DNA of 54,077 nucleotides from a virus (IMGVR_UViG_3300046095_000185:1-54077), one strand, 5' to 3'. Positions 45,502 through 53,789 are shown, counted from the stretch's first letter. Numbers and translations: made by a program. Notes: generated by a model not told the origin, from the letters alone.

Positions 45502-45696
45502 TTAATAATGCTCTTTATAACGTTCAATAAACGGGCGCTCACATTCAAGAAAATCTGACGATCCTGGTATGTCATCCATGTCATGCAGCTTCTTATACTC
45601 ATTTAAAATCTTTTTGTCTTCGCGAAATAACTTGAAACCATAAGCCATAAATCCTAAAAGGATAGATCCGAAAACTCCTGCGTATAACCATTCCAT
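45502..45696 (-). CDS. Small single-pass membrane protein
   Basis: N-terminal hydrophobic segment. Confidence 0.6.
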   Translation of the reverse strand: MEWLYAGVFGSILLGFMAYGFKLFREDKKILNEYKKLHDMDDIPGSSDFLECERPFIERYKEHY

Positions 45697-45772
45697 AGTA
45701 CGAGATTTAAAGGGTGAAAAACAAGCCGGCCACTGCCATCAATTCCCCGGCGAACCGTCCGACTGAAATTAT

Positions 45773-46081
45773 TTATACATGGGGCCAAATAAAGTTTGCC
45801 ATGTGCGGGTTGATATTATTCATATTCACCCCATTCGTTTCCTCACCATCAAACTCACAGGCCATCGTCGCCCGGTAGATTTCCCGCCAGTCGGCCCCGT
45901 TAACAATCGCATCGATCTGCGGCCCGAACATGTGTATAAGAATATCACTTGCCGGTAATTTCTTTCCGAAGGCATGAACCCAGATGCTTTTTATCTCGGT
46001 GACCGTGTTGGTTAACGGGGTATAGTACACGCTGATTTCAAGTATCTGGCCTTTATAGGTGATGGAGTGAGTTAGGAGCAT
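45773..46081 (-). CDS. Hypothetical protein
   Basis: ORF in operon. Confidence 0.65.
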   Translation of the reverse strand: MLLTHSITYKGQILEISVYYTPLTNTVTEIKSIWVHAFGKKLPASDILIHMFGPQIDAIVNGADWREIYRATMACEFDGEETNGVNMNNINPHMANFIWPHV

Positions 46082-46092
46082 GTTGGTGGGTT

Positions 46093-46896
46093 TTAATTAG
46101 TTGCAGATTCCAGTTCAGCACATTTCTTAATGTCCTCCAACGCTATTTCATTGCTTTCGAAAAATCTCACAGGGCTTACTGCTACAGAACTTGATACCTT
46201 ATATATTTGCATGGCAGCGAATAGCGTTGAAGTTTGCCGTTCCAGCTTGGCGCCCGCATCCCCTGCTAACTGAACTACCCAACCGGCACGACAATGTGTT
46301 GTTTCGCAGGTATGCCATGTGGACATATCGAGGGCATCAGGGCGAGATGTAACGGCATCTAATATCCTATTATGAATGTTTTCAATCTTAGGATAATTAC
46401 CCATTACATTCTCATACAATGCGGCGGTTTCGTTCTTTTCTTCTTTGCGACCCGATTTGTATTCCAAGCCAGAGCAGCGAGAGCAGTCAGAGCAGCCAGA
46501 GCAGCCAGAGCAGCCAGAGCAGTCAGAGCAGTCAGAGCAGCGAGAGCAGTCAGAGCAGCGAGAGCAGCGAGAGCAGTCAGAGCAGCCAGAGCAGACAGAG
46601 CAGCGAGAGCAGCGAGAGCAGCGAGAGCAGACAGAGCAGCCAGAGCAGCCAGAGCAGTCATAGCAGCCAGAGCAGCGAGAGCAGTCAGAGCAGTCAGAGC
46701 AATTCCAGCAACCTTTATTACTCTCATTATCTTCTATATAATTAGGATATTCATGTGCGAAAGACTGCGACACTCCATTAATATCTTTATCTTCTCTGCT
46801 TAAAAATTTCGAATAGGTGGAAAATATCTTTGTCATATTATACAGTTTCAAGATTTGCAGCAGTTTGTCAAATTCCCGCTTGATTTCCAGATCCAT
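46093..46896 (-). CDS. Cys-repeat (CSx)n protein with C-terminal MSTWH-C-TTHCRAGW domain
   Basis: 27 consecutive Cxx units; start may be ATG 46836. Confidence 0.85.
   Translation of the reverse strand: MDLEIKREFDKLLQILKLYNMTKIFSTYSKFLSREDKDINGVSQSFAHEYPNYIEDNESNKGCWNCSDCSDCSRCSGCYDCSGCSGCSVCSRCSRCSRCSVCSGCSDCSRCSRCSDCSRCSDCSDCSGCSGCSGCSDCSRCSGLEYKSGRKEEKNETAALYENVMGNYPKIENIHNRILDAVTSRPDALDMSTWHTCETTHCRAGWVVQLAGDAGAKLERQTSTLFAAMQIYKVSSSVAVSPVRFFESNEIALEDIKKCAELESATN
46468..46701. repeat. Tandem repeat, 26 x 9 bp (TGCTCTNNC on the minus strand)
   Basis: Counted directly; one unit is TGCTATGAC. Confidence 0.95.
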
Positions 46897-47134
46897 TGTC
46901 GATCGTTTTATAATGTTCAGCTATCTTGGCAGCAAACTCACGGCATATGGCAATTCCTTTCTCGTCTTTAGGATCTATGAATATATCAGCGCCACACCAA
47001 TCAGGATCACTATCGAAGTACGCACTTACACCATACCGTTCGATGGGCTTCGTTGCCGCCGCCTCAGCGCTCTTTATTATTTCTTGCATGGTGTCTTTGT
47101 ACATTCGAATTTCTTTACTTGTTTGCGATACCAT
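46868..47134 (-). CDS. Hypothetical protein
   Basis: ORF in operon; start probably at MYKD or MQEI. Confidence 0.55.
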   Translation of the reverse strand: MVSQTSKEIRMYKDTMQEIIKSAEAAATKPIERYGVSAYFDSDPDWCGADIFIDPKDEKGIAICREFAAKIAEHYKTIDNGSGNQAGI

Positions 47135-47196
47135 ATCTCTGCGATGGTCCAGGTGATTGCGATTACTGATCCGATTTCGATAATGAATTCTAACAT
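47077..47196 (-). CDS. 39-aa single-pass membrane peptide (MLEFIIEIGSVIAITWTIAEIWYRKQ...)
   Basis: Not in the ORF track; hydrophobic N-terminus and basic tail. Confidence 0.5.
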   Translation of the reverse strand: MLEFIIEIGSVIAITWTIAEIWYRKQVKKFECTKTPCKK

Positions 47197-47270
47197 GGGG
47201 TACTTATTAAAGGGTTGTTAAAAGGGTGGGACGGGCTTGTCTGGTTGGGAAACTTTTGCATTATTGCAGG

Positions 47271-47489
47271 CTACTTAACCGGCGACTTTTCGGAAGCAAG
47301 TATTTCATCGTCATCAAGTCCAGTTTCCTCCCTGAGAACAATCAATGCAGATGGGGTTGTAAGGGGGCCGTTCTTTTTATTCTTTTCAACTAAACGGCCT
47401 ACCCAATACTCCGAGAACCCCAGAGCTATCGCCAGCTTTTGCCTTGTCTGTCTGTCGATCTTCTTGATAGCCTTCTTAGAAAGTTTCAT
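47271..47489 (-). CDS. Cro-like HTH regulator
   Basis: 72 aa, basic, KLAIALGFSEYWVGR; first gene of the long leftward operon at the divergence point. Confidence 0.65.
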   Translation of the reverse strand: MKLSKKAIKKIDRQTRQKLAIALGFSEYWVGRLVEKNKKNGPLTTPSALIVLREETGLDDDEILASEKSPVK

Positions 47490-47526
47490 CCTATAATCTG
47501 TTTTAGTATATTCGTTGAATCGTTTG

Positions 47527-47599
47527 TCGAAACAAATGTACTACTTTTTTGAAACCATCAAAACATTATTGAAACTTTTTTGAAACCTATTTTTGAAAC
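47527..47599. promoter_or_regulatory. Operator-like direct repeats (TTGAAAC x4 plus 2 variants) overlapping a leftward TTTG-N18-TACATTTG promoter
   Basis: TTGAAAC at 47549, 47569, 47580, 47593; TCGAAAC at 47527; TCAAAAC at 47558; -7 element 47533-47540 and -33 element 47559-47562 on the minus strand. Confidence 0.7.
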
Positions 47600-47609
47600 A
47601 TAGTTGCAA

Positions 47610-47762
47610 ATGCTAACAAAGGAGATAATAGATCAGTTTTACAAAGACGTGGAAGCCCTGGGCCTGGAACACCCTGTGGCCGCCCTTCAGGGCGACCGGT
47701 ACGCTAATAAAAGATTTAAGATCGCAAAGCCGGGATGGAGGGATTTGAAGGAGAGGGGTTGA
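47610..47762 (+). pseudogene. 50-codon ORF, probable truncated CI-like repressor
   Basis: Divergent from the cro-like gene; MLTKEIIDQFYKDVEALGLEHPVAAL reads like HTH helices 1-2, then degenerates at a GC hairpin. Confidence 0.4.
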
Positions 47763-47797
47763 TGGCGGTCAAGAAGTTTGGGAGTGTTGTAAAATGA

Positions 47798-47828
47798 TTT
47801 GCAATTATAGTTATTAGTCGTATGTTTG
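47798..47828 (+). promoter_or_regulatory. Bacteroidota housekeeping-type promoter TTTG-N19-TATGTTTG
   Basis: Exact match to the -33 TTTG / -7 TAnnTTTG consensus. Confidence 0.75.
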
Positions 47829-47846
47829 TGGAACAAAAGCAAACAG

Positions 47847-48140
47847 ATGACACTCTCCGATAAAATATTGCAAGCGTTAAAAGAGGCAGACAAATACCCT
47901 TCTCAATATTTTACAGCGGAAGATCGCAATGGCGTTACCTGCAAGATAAGGGTGAGCAATCACTCCGCTAATCGGCAAAATAATGGCGACACAAAGACGC
48001 TGTCATTTGTTACAGCCACCCAAATGACCCAAGGGGGCAAGAAAATGACAAACGAATGGGTTGTTGATCTTGAAAACGAACTGACTGACACCTTTCAGAC
48101 AATCGAGGAAGTTCTCGATTGGGAGGATATTGATAATTAA
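47847..48140 (+). CDS. Hypothetical early protein (IRVSNHSAN motif)
   Basis: Start placed at ATG 47847, downstream of the promoter. Confidence 0.7.
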   Translation: MTLSDKILQALKEADKYPSQYFTAEDRNGVTCKIRVSNHSANRQNNGDTKTLSFVTATQMTQGGKKMTNEWVVDLENELTDTFQTIEEVLDWEDIDN

Positions 48141-48146
48141 TTACTT

Positions 48147-48470
48147 ATGCAAAAACGAAACAAACCAGGCGGCGGCCGGCCGGTTAAAGGCTGGCCCCCG
48201 GACAAGATTAAGCTGCTTAAAAAGCTCTACCCGGTTACCGACAACGAAACAGTTGCCACTGTTCTGAAAGTGTCCGTATCGGCCCTACGTAATGCCGCGA
48301 ACCGGTTCGGGGTGAAGAAACAAGGGTGGACTGAGCAGGATATCCAGATCCTGAAAGACAACTTTCACCTGTCGTATCAAAAGATCGCGGATAAGATCGG
48401 GAAAACTAAGTGGCAGGTACGGAATAAGGCAGTGGAGATGAAATTGATCCCGGTCAAGAACTCAGAATAA
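48147..48470 (+). CDS. Tandem HTH (Myb-like) DNA-binding protein
   Basis: Two W...I..LK..Y/F....IA..(L/I)......(L/V)RN.A repeats. Confidence 0.75.
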   Translation: MQKRNKPGGGRPVKGWPPDKIKLLKKLYPVTDNETVATVLKVSVSALRNAANRFGVKKQGWTEQDIQILKDNFHLSYQKIADKIGKTKWQVRNKAVEMKLIPVKNSE

Positions 48471-48483
48471 TCTTGCAGATTGT

Positions 48484-48514
48484 TTTGTTATTATTGCAAT
48501 GTGTATTATATTTG
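48484..48514 (+). promoter_or_regulatory. Bacteroidota housekeeping-type promoter TTTG-N19-TATATTTG
   Basis: Exact consensus match. Confidence 0.75.
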
Positions 48515-48558
48515 TTTCACCAAAGGCAATGAAGCTGGCGGGTTAAAAACTTCTAACA

Positions 48559-48816
48559 ATGTCAAAAAAAATCTACACCATCGATACAAACAAGACCATA
48601 ATCATTCCAAATACAATCGAAGATAGCAAGGGTAACACCTTACAGGTTGAACAAAAGACTTGGGAAAAGGAAGGTAAGAAGCGCGTTTACATTTCAGTAA
48701 TGTTCGCACGTAGCGGTAAAGTAAATTGCGGTTATGTAGATCTCGTTACCGGTGCAATCGGACTTAAGAGCAGCCCGGCATGGATTGCACAGGAAGTAAA
48801 AGCTAATATTGCCTAA
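48559..48816 (+). CDS. Hypothetical early protein
   Basis: WEK.GK.RVYI and GYVDL.TG motifs. Confidence 0.75.
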   Translation: MSKKIYTIDTNKTIIIPNTIEDSKGNTLQVEQKTWEKEGKKRVYISVMFARSGKVNCGYVDLVTGAIGLKSSPAWIAQEVKANIA

Positions 48817-48838
48817 GTATAATCTAAAACTTCGAAAC

Positions 48839-49135
48839 ATGAAAACACAATGGAACAAATTCACCGGCGAATGGGAGCCAGTATTGCAGGAGTGCTTTAC
48901 CGGACCAGAAGAATTTATAAATCAGGTAGCCGTGGGGGACCGGCTGCCTATCTCAGACCAAAAGGCGAACGCCCTGAAACGGACTGGCAAGGAAAGCCGT
49001 AATCCTGCCCCCGTATCGGGACAGGCATACAGGACGGAGCAGATCAGGTTGGAAGCGGAAGGTAAAAGCTATTTGGCAGATTTGCTGTTTTACCCAACCG
49101 GCCTGATCGAGATCCAGCGAGGATCAGACCTCTAG
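48839..49135 (+). CDS. Hypothetical early protein
   Basis: ORF; start placed at ATG 48839. Confidence 0.6.
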   Translation: MKTQWNKFTGEWEPVLQECFTGPEEFINQVAVGDRLPISDQKANALKRTGKESRNPAPVSGQAYRTEQIRLEAEGKSYLADLLFYPTGLIEIQRGSDL

Positions 49136-49226
49136 CTTTTCCGCGCCCTGCGCAAATTTAATCGCACCAGGCCGGGCAACCGGCTTAGGAATTAACTAAA
49201 CCCCGCAAGGGCACAAAACAACTCAT

Positions 49227-49403
49227 ATGGGTACAATTATTTTAAATACTCCTGATTATTTTCAAGAGCATTTACCATTTGAAAAATGGAACTACCATTA
49301 TGAAGCTCGTCGTAATTATGGTACTGCTGAACGTCCAAACTGGCAGACGATAGCGTATGGAAAATCAGAAAAAGAAGTGAAGGACAAATTAACGAACAAC
49401 TAA
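49227..49403 (+). CDS. 58-aa hypothetical early protein (MGTIILNTPDYF...)
   Basis: Not in the ORF track; A-rich leader; ends at the first structured repeat. Confidence 0.65.
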   Translation: MGTIILNTPDYFQEHLPFEKWNYHYEARRNYGTAERPNWQTIAYGKSEKEVKDKLTNN

Positions 49404-49428
49404 AACCGCCACCCGGACGGGAGCCGGG
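49401..49428 (+). repeat. Intergenic structured repeat, copy 1
   Basis: AAA-CCGCC-A-CCCGG-ACGGGAG-CCGGG. Confidence 0.7.
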
Positions 49429-49434
49429 GAAAGT

Positions 49435-49701
49435 ATGAATCTATATAATTTACCAACCTCTGTATGGCAGTTATTCAATGAGGCGCAGCCTGAATACAGG
49501 ATGGATACTGATACGGAAATGGATAACAAACAGGCTATGCAGGAGTTTCTTTACAAGATCGGCGCAGCCTCGGAAAACATTGTCAGTGATGATGGCACAC
49601 AGGTTACATTAATGCATGGTCAATTCCCGCACCAGCTTATTATAGACTGCGGTGGATTGGGGGATTGCTATTCACATAAGTTCACTGTCTCCGAAAACTA
49701 A
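49435..49701 (+). CDS. Hypothetical acidic early protein
   Basis: ORF between repeats. Confidence 0.75.
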   Translation: MNLYNLPTSVWQLFNEAQPEYRMDTDTEMDNKQAMQEFLYKIGAASENIVSDDGTQVTLMHGQFPHQLIIDCGGLGDCYSHKFTVSEN

Positions 49702-49702
49702 C

Positions 49703-49729
49703 TAAACCCGCCCCGGCTACGGTGACCGG
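49703..49729 (+). repeat. Intergenic structured repeat, copy 2
   Basis: AAAC-CCGCC-CCGG-CTACGGTGA-CCGG. Confidence 0.7.
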
Positions 49730-49736
49730 CTGAAAT

Positions 49737-49970
49737 ATGACTACTGAGGAAAAGCTGTTACGGTTACCCGTTGCCTTCGACTGGGTTGAATATAAGGGTG
49801 AGACTGTTTTTGTTGGAGTGAACTTTCACGAAACGGAAAGGGTTGGCAGGCCCATGATTGATATTTTCTATTGCGCAACACAGGCGCTTAATCACAATGT
49901 TTTGAAAACCGTTCAATGGGATAAGGCTAAATTCAAGCCTTCGCGATTAGCTTTAACTTGGAAACTTTAA
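49737..49970 (+). CDS. Hypothetical early protein
   Basis: ORF between repeats. Confidence 0.75.
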   Translation: MTTEEKLLRLPVAFDWVEYKGETVFVGVNFHETERVGRPMIDIFYCATQALNHNVLKTVQWDKAKFKPSRLALTWKL

Positions 49971-49996
49971 AACCGCCCGCCGCGACGGTAACGGCG
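49968..49996 (+). repeat. Intergenic structured repeat, copy 3
   Basis: AAA-CCGCC-CGCCG-CGACGGTAA-CGGCG. Confidence 0.7.
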
Positions 49997-50003
49997 TAAA
50001 GGG

Positions 50004-50165
50004 ATGAGTAAGTGCAAGTACTGCGATAAAGAACCCGCAGTAGAAAGGACGGACCTAAAATGTAACCCGGTATTGTGCGATGATTGCTATAACGAGTACG
50101 AAGACCGTTCCGGCGATTGTTCGCTGGCTTGCTGCATAAGTCATGACTGCGACGGGAGTTGCTGA
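50004..50165 (+). CDS. 53-aa Cys-rich protein (10 Cys)
   Basis: Not in the ORF track; MSKCKYCDKEPAVERTDLKCNPVLCDDCYNEYEDRSGDCSLACCISHDCDGSC; ATG at the same distance from the repeat as in neighbouring genes. Confidence 0.75.
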   Translation: MSKCKYCDKEPAVERTDLKCNPVLCDDCYNEYEDRSGDCSLACCISHDCDGSC

Positions 50166-50234
50166 AAAATCCGCTTCCGGTTTCCCGTAAGTTTCTATTA
50201 GCACCCACCACTACCTTTACTGAAACTTTAATCA

Positions 50235-50459
50235 ATGGGCAAAAAATTAACGAAAATGACATGGGATGATGTTCAGAAAGAAATGAGCATCGCAGGTAGC
50301 CCACAAAAAATAGCAGACTTTGGACGAAACATTGAAGAGCTGATAACATCTACTTTAGACCCAACAAACCGTGCCGAGCTTACAAACGTAGAGTTCATGC
50401 TACAGCGGATGACGGCTGAGGTGAGGTTGTGGCAGAGGATGTATGATAAATCGCATTAA
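50235..50459 (+). CDS. Hypothetical helical protein
   Basis: Last plus-strand ORF before the convergence point. Confidence 0.65.
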   Translation: MGKKLTKMTWDDVQKEMSIAGSPQKIADFGRNIEELITSTLDPTNRAELTNVEFMLQRMTAEVRLWQRMYDKSH

Positions 50460-50462
50460 ATA

Positions 50463-50484
50463 AGCCCCCACTTTCGCAGGGGCT
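50463..50484. terminator. Hairpin between convergent transcription units
   Basis: AGCCCC...GGGGCT inverted repeat. Confidence 0.55.
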
Positions 50485-50514
50485 CCCCGAACCCATATGT
50501 CATGAAAATAAAAA

Positions 50515-52701
50515 CTATTTAACGCTCACCGTCACATCATCTGTCCCTGTGCTTCCCTTATCATCGGTCACCGTCAGACGGAAAATATTCTCACCTTTAC
50601 TCAGCCCTGTTACCTTCGTAGTCGCCTCGGTAGGGCTTACAGTTACCGCTATTAATCCACCGACTTGCTCCCATTTGTAAGTAAGTTGGCCACCTTCGGG
50701 ATCTGTACCAGAACCGGTCAATATCGTTGTTATCTCAATATTCTGATCTATCCCTGCATCTGCAACTGGCGCTTTGTTAGGTACCGGATCAGGCGGCTTA
50801 ACGTCGAGCGGGTAAAGCTGCGACATCGGGATGAACTCGCGTTTAAGGCTGGCAGATGACCATTCCAGCGTACAGCCTGAGCGATCATCGGAGTTGAAGA
50901 ACTCTAATTTTATGTCGTATAACTTACCAGCTTCTGAGGTAGTCATAGTGCGTTTGATTTCGCCAGGATACCTTTCTTCCCAACTGTCGATTAATAGGAT
51001 GCCATTTACCCACAACCGGACCCCGCCACCTGATTTACAATAAAAAGTATACGATTCACTATACTGCGGCTGTATCTTCCCTATCCACCTGGCCGCAAAA
51101 CTCGTAGGTACCTTATAGTGCGGGCCCGGATGCGTGAGGTCGAACAGGTTGATGTTTGGTTCAACTCTCGATAGTAACAATGTCTTGAAATCAGGCGTGA
51201 AGTATTCGGCTAATAGACCGGTACCGGTGCCCCAGGCAGAAGGGGCGAATATGGCTATTGCCGTACTGCCGGTCTTTGTAATCTTCCATGCCGCTTGCCC
51301 TTCCTGTATGCGAATGAACTCGCCGGACAGTGCCGCCTTACTTACAATTACCTGGCTGTTCGTAATTCCGCAATCTACCACATCGACATTCTTTTTACCC
51401 GCCCCAGGATTCTGGTTAAGTATCGCAGCCTTTTTGTAGTTAATGAATTTGCAATTTCGAAACAGTATCGGCGCCGCCCCGGTAAGTGGCCCTTCATTGA
51501 TGATCACGCAATAGTCGCCGCCATCGGCATCAAATGTCACGCCTTCAAATCGGATCCGATTGGTAGTGGCGCTGGCTGCCCTTATATCCACATAGCCGCC
51601 CTTATAGTATCCGCCAACCCGGCAATAATCGTTCTGGTATGCACCATGAAATGTCGGATGTTGACAATTGATCGAGGTAGTATTTCTATTAATATGATGG
51701 TGCAAGTTATTTTGCCACACCTGTTCGGTAGACGGGCAATTTACGCCGGTATTGTTTTCGAATATCCAGGTATCTTCTAACTGCTTCGTGTTGTCCGCAT
51801 CGTCACGAAGTTCCGGCCAGATGTACCCACCGGCACTACGCGGATCTCCGGACGTTCCGATCACTACGTTTCCCCTGCAGATATTCCCATCGCCCGATCC
51901 CAGCACGAACCCGCCGGCGCCGAACGTGGGCGCGTCATCTGAGTCCTGGTCCATTGCCCTGGGTACATAGTTTACTTTTACGACCAGGTTATTCTCCAAT
52001 ACAAGATCATGCGTCCGGTGCCCGAAGTCGTACCAGAACGGCGTTTCAATTACATTGTATACTATGTTATTTCGGAAGGTAATTCCATGCGATCCATGCG
52101 GAACAAAGCAGTGATTATTACAATCGCGGGCGATACAGCCTTCGACAATACTTCCGCGACTACCTTCATCGCAGTGATGGAAGTGAACGGCGTACCGACC
52201 GGTGACGAGTTCTTTCACGCCGTCGCCATCACGGTCTTTGCGGGGACCGAGATAGCGAAAGCCTACATATTTAATAGACTGCGGTTTAGATGACTTTATA
52301 AAGATGTGACTTTGCCCCGTTGCCGTCCCTTCGATGTTCATGTTGCTACCGATGGATGCCGCGAAACTTTCCATGGCTGCATAATCAGTGCCGTATTGTT
52401 TCCAGTCGTGCTTGATACTGCTTTCCAGGTCGAGTTGCCCGGCGTTCATACACCACAATCCTATATCCGTATCCAGCACTGTATCCCCGCTGCCAACGAA
52501 TTTATTTTCATCGATGTTTATAAAGCGGATGGTATGTTTAACGTCCGGGTTCGGTTTGCTTATCAGCTTACCGGTAACGATAATATTCTTGGTCGTGGTA
52601 ATTGTGACGTTCTTCGTTGGATCGAGAGTGAGAGTGCCTTCGACTTCGAGGATCTCGGTGAGGTCGAGATCGGTGGTGAGGGTCTGAGTTGAGATTTTCA
52701 T
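50515..52701 (-). CDS. G8-like/parallel beta-helix + PA14 + PKD-domain protein (putative glycan-binding protein or depolymerase)
   Basis: GRYAVHFH.C....GS.V.G...N.C...HGS; PA14 motifs GL.AEYF, FAARW.G.I.P..S..YTF, GVRLWVNG..LID.W; PKD motifs PVADAG.DQ, YKWEQV, FRLTVTDDKG. Confidence 0.8.
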   Translation of the reverse strand: MKISTQTLTTDLDLTEILEVEGTLTLDPTKNVTITTTKNIIVTGKLISKPNPDVKHTIRFINIDENKFVGSGDTVLDTDIGLWCMNAGQLDLESSIKHDWKQYGTDYAAMESFAASIGSNMNIEGTATGQSHIFIKSSKPQSIKYVGFRYLGPRKDRDGDGVKELVTGRYAVHFHHCDEGSRGSIVEGCIARDCNNHCFVPHGSHGITFRNNIVYNVIETPFWYDFGHRTHDLVLENNLVVKVNYVPRAMDQDSDDAPTFGAGGFVLGSGDGNICRGNVVIGTSGDPRSAGGYIWPELRDDADNTKQLEDTWIFENNTGVNCPSTEQVWQNNLHHHINRNTTSINCQHPTFHGAYQNDYCRVGGYYKGGYVDIRAASATTNRIRFEGVTFDADGGDYCVIINEGPLTGAAPILFRNCKFINYKKAAILNQNPGAGKKNVDVVDCGITNSQVIVSKAALSGEFIRIQEGQAAWKITKTGSTAIAIFAPSAWGTGTGLLAEYFTPDFKTLLLSRVEPNINLFDLTHPGPHYKVPTSFAARWIGKIQPQYSESYTFYCKSGGGVRLWVNGILLIDSWEERYPGEIKRTMTTSEAGKLYDIKLEFFNSDDRSGCTLEWSSASLKREFIPMSQLYPLDVKPPDPVPNKAPVADAGIDQNIEITTILTGSGTDPEGGQLTYKWEQVGGLIAVTVSPTEATTKVTGLSKGENIFRLTVTDDKGSTGTDDVTVSVK

Positions 52702-52702
52702 G

Positions 52703-53119
52703 TTATAGTTGTATAGTTTTCAGCCATGTTTTTACATCGAAAGAGGGACATGCTTTGGTAACGCCGGGGAAATCCCGGTGACCGCATATGATAGCATCGG
52801 GAAACATTGCATGGTATTTCTTCAATAAAACGATTTGAGTTGCCTTTTGCGCGTCCGTTCGGTTATCAATTGCATTGCCCTTTTTATCCACGCCGCCAAT
52901 ATAGCTTATGTGAATGCTATGTGCGTTGTGGCCCTGTACGCCGTTGCTCACTTCCTCAATTGGGAGTAAATTAACAATTGTACCATCCGGAACTATTATG
53001 TGATGATAGCCGGGCGACTTCCATTTCTTTACGTCTTTCCAATATCGCTGAATGCTGGCGACCTGTGCGTTCTGTGGCGTTGCCGTGCAGTGTAGGACGA
53101 TGTGTGTAATGTTCCTCAT
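52703..53119 (-). CDS. Endolysin, N-acetylmuramoyl-L-alanine amidase (T7 lysozyme-like)
   Basis: IVLHCTAT, GYH, HN..SI.I.YIGG, GHRD, KACPSFDV. Confidence 0.92.
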   Translation of the reverse strand: MRNITHIVLHCTATPQNAQVASIQRYWKDVKKWKSPGYHHIIVPDGTIVNLLPIEEVSNGVQGHNAHSIHISYIGGVDKKGNAIDNRTDAQKATQIVLLKKYHAMFPDAIICGHRDFPGVTKACPSFDVKTWLKTIQL

Positions 53120-53514
53120 ATAAATATTTTAACGATTAAACAAATCACCCACACCGCCCCGTACACGAACAGTGGAGCCCGGCCATTATAGCCAAATACC
53201 CGGATTTCTTGCCGGTCGAGCCAGGCCTTCGGGGGATTGGCCAGGGAAACGTAATCCCATTTTAAGCCGCGCCTTTTGTTAAGCGCCACATCAAACGACC
53301 ATTGCCGGTTGCAAAAAGCCGACACGCAAAAAAGGGTAATTACCCAAACGTTCCAGCGGGCAAGCCAGCACAGCACTGCACAAAAAAGGGTATATGTCCC
53401 GAAGTTTATGCCGTGGGCAATGGTCTTATTCTTCAATATCCGGTACGCATCAATGCGGGAGTTGATGAGATTGAACCCGGCCAGTGCTGCCTGGGCGAGT
53501 AGGTAGGTGATCAT
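53116..53514 (-). CDS. Membrane protein
   Basis: Several hydrophobic segments; FD..LN..RG..W.Y motif. Confidence 0.7.
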   Translation of the reverse strand: MITYLLAQAALAGFNLINSRIDAYRILKNKTIAHGINFGTYTLFCAVLCWLARWNVWVITLFCVSAFCNRQWSFDVALNKRRGLKWDYVSLANPPKAWLDRQEIRVFGYNGRAPLFVYGAVWVICLIVKIFI

Positions 53515-53789
53515 GTGTTAGATGCTATCGTGATGAATATATTTATCACTAATCCCACTCCCGCCCAGCCCCAGAAAGGATTTATAAATCCGTTTTCTGC
53601 AACTTTTTCTTTTGCGGTGGACAGGCCTACGAAAATTGCAGCGGCCAGCAGCGGCCAAACAGGGGTTAATATCCAGGGCCAAAACTTTCCGTGCTGATCA
53701 ATGTAATCCAGAAACCAAACGTTCCATAATAGAATTGGAGGTATCAATAATACGATGGCAGAGATTGCCCATTTAATGAATGTGTTCAT
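53511..53789 (-). CDS. 3-TM membrane protein
   Basis: Three hydrophobic segments; ATGA overlap with the next gene. Confidence 0.7.
   Translation of the reverse strand: MNTFIKWAISAIVLLIPPILLWNVWFLDYIDQHGKFWPWILTPVWPLLAAAIFVGLSTAKEKVAENGFINPFWGWAGVGLVINIFITIASNT

Noticed and set aside
46468-46701. CRISPR array or DGR variable region
   Set aside because: 9-bp head-to-tail units with no spacers; no cas or reverse transcriptase gene, and no template repeat seen
46372-46803. Alternative-frame ORFs (ARA-, ALA-, SQS-, EQ-rich)
   Set aside because: By-products of a stop-free 9-bp repeat; only the Cys frame has complex flanking domains
49933-50349. 138-aa minus-strand ORF
   Set aside because: Overlaps three better-supported plus-strand genes and the structured repeat
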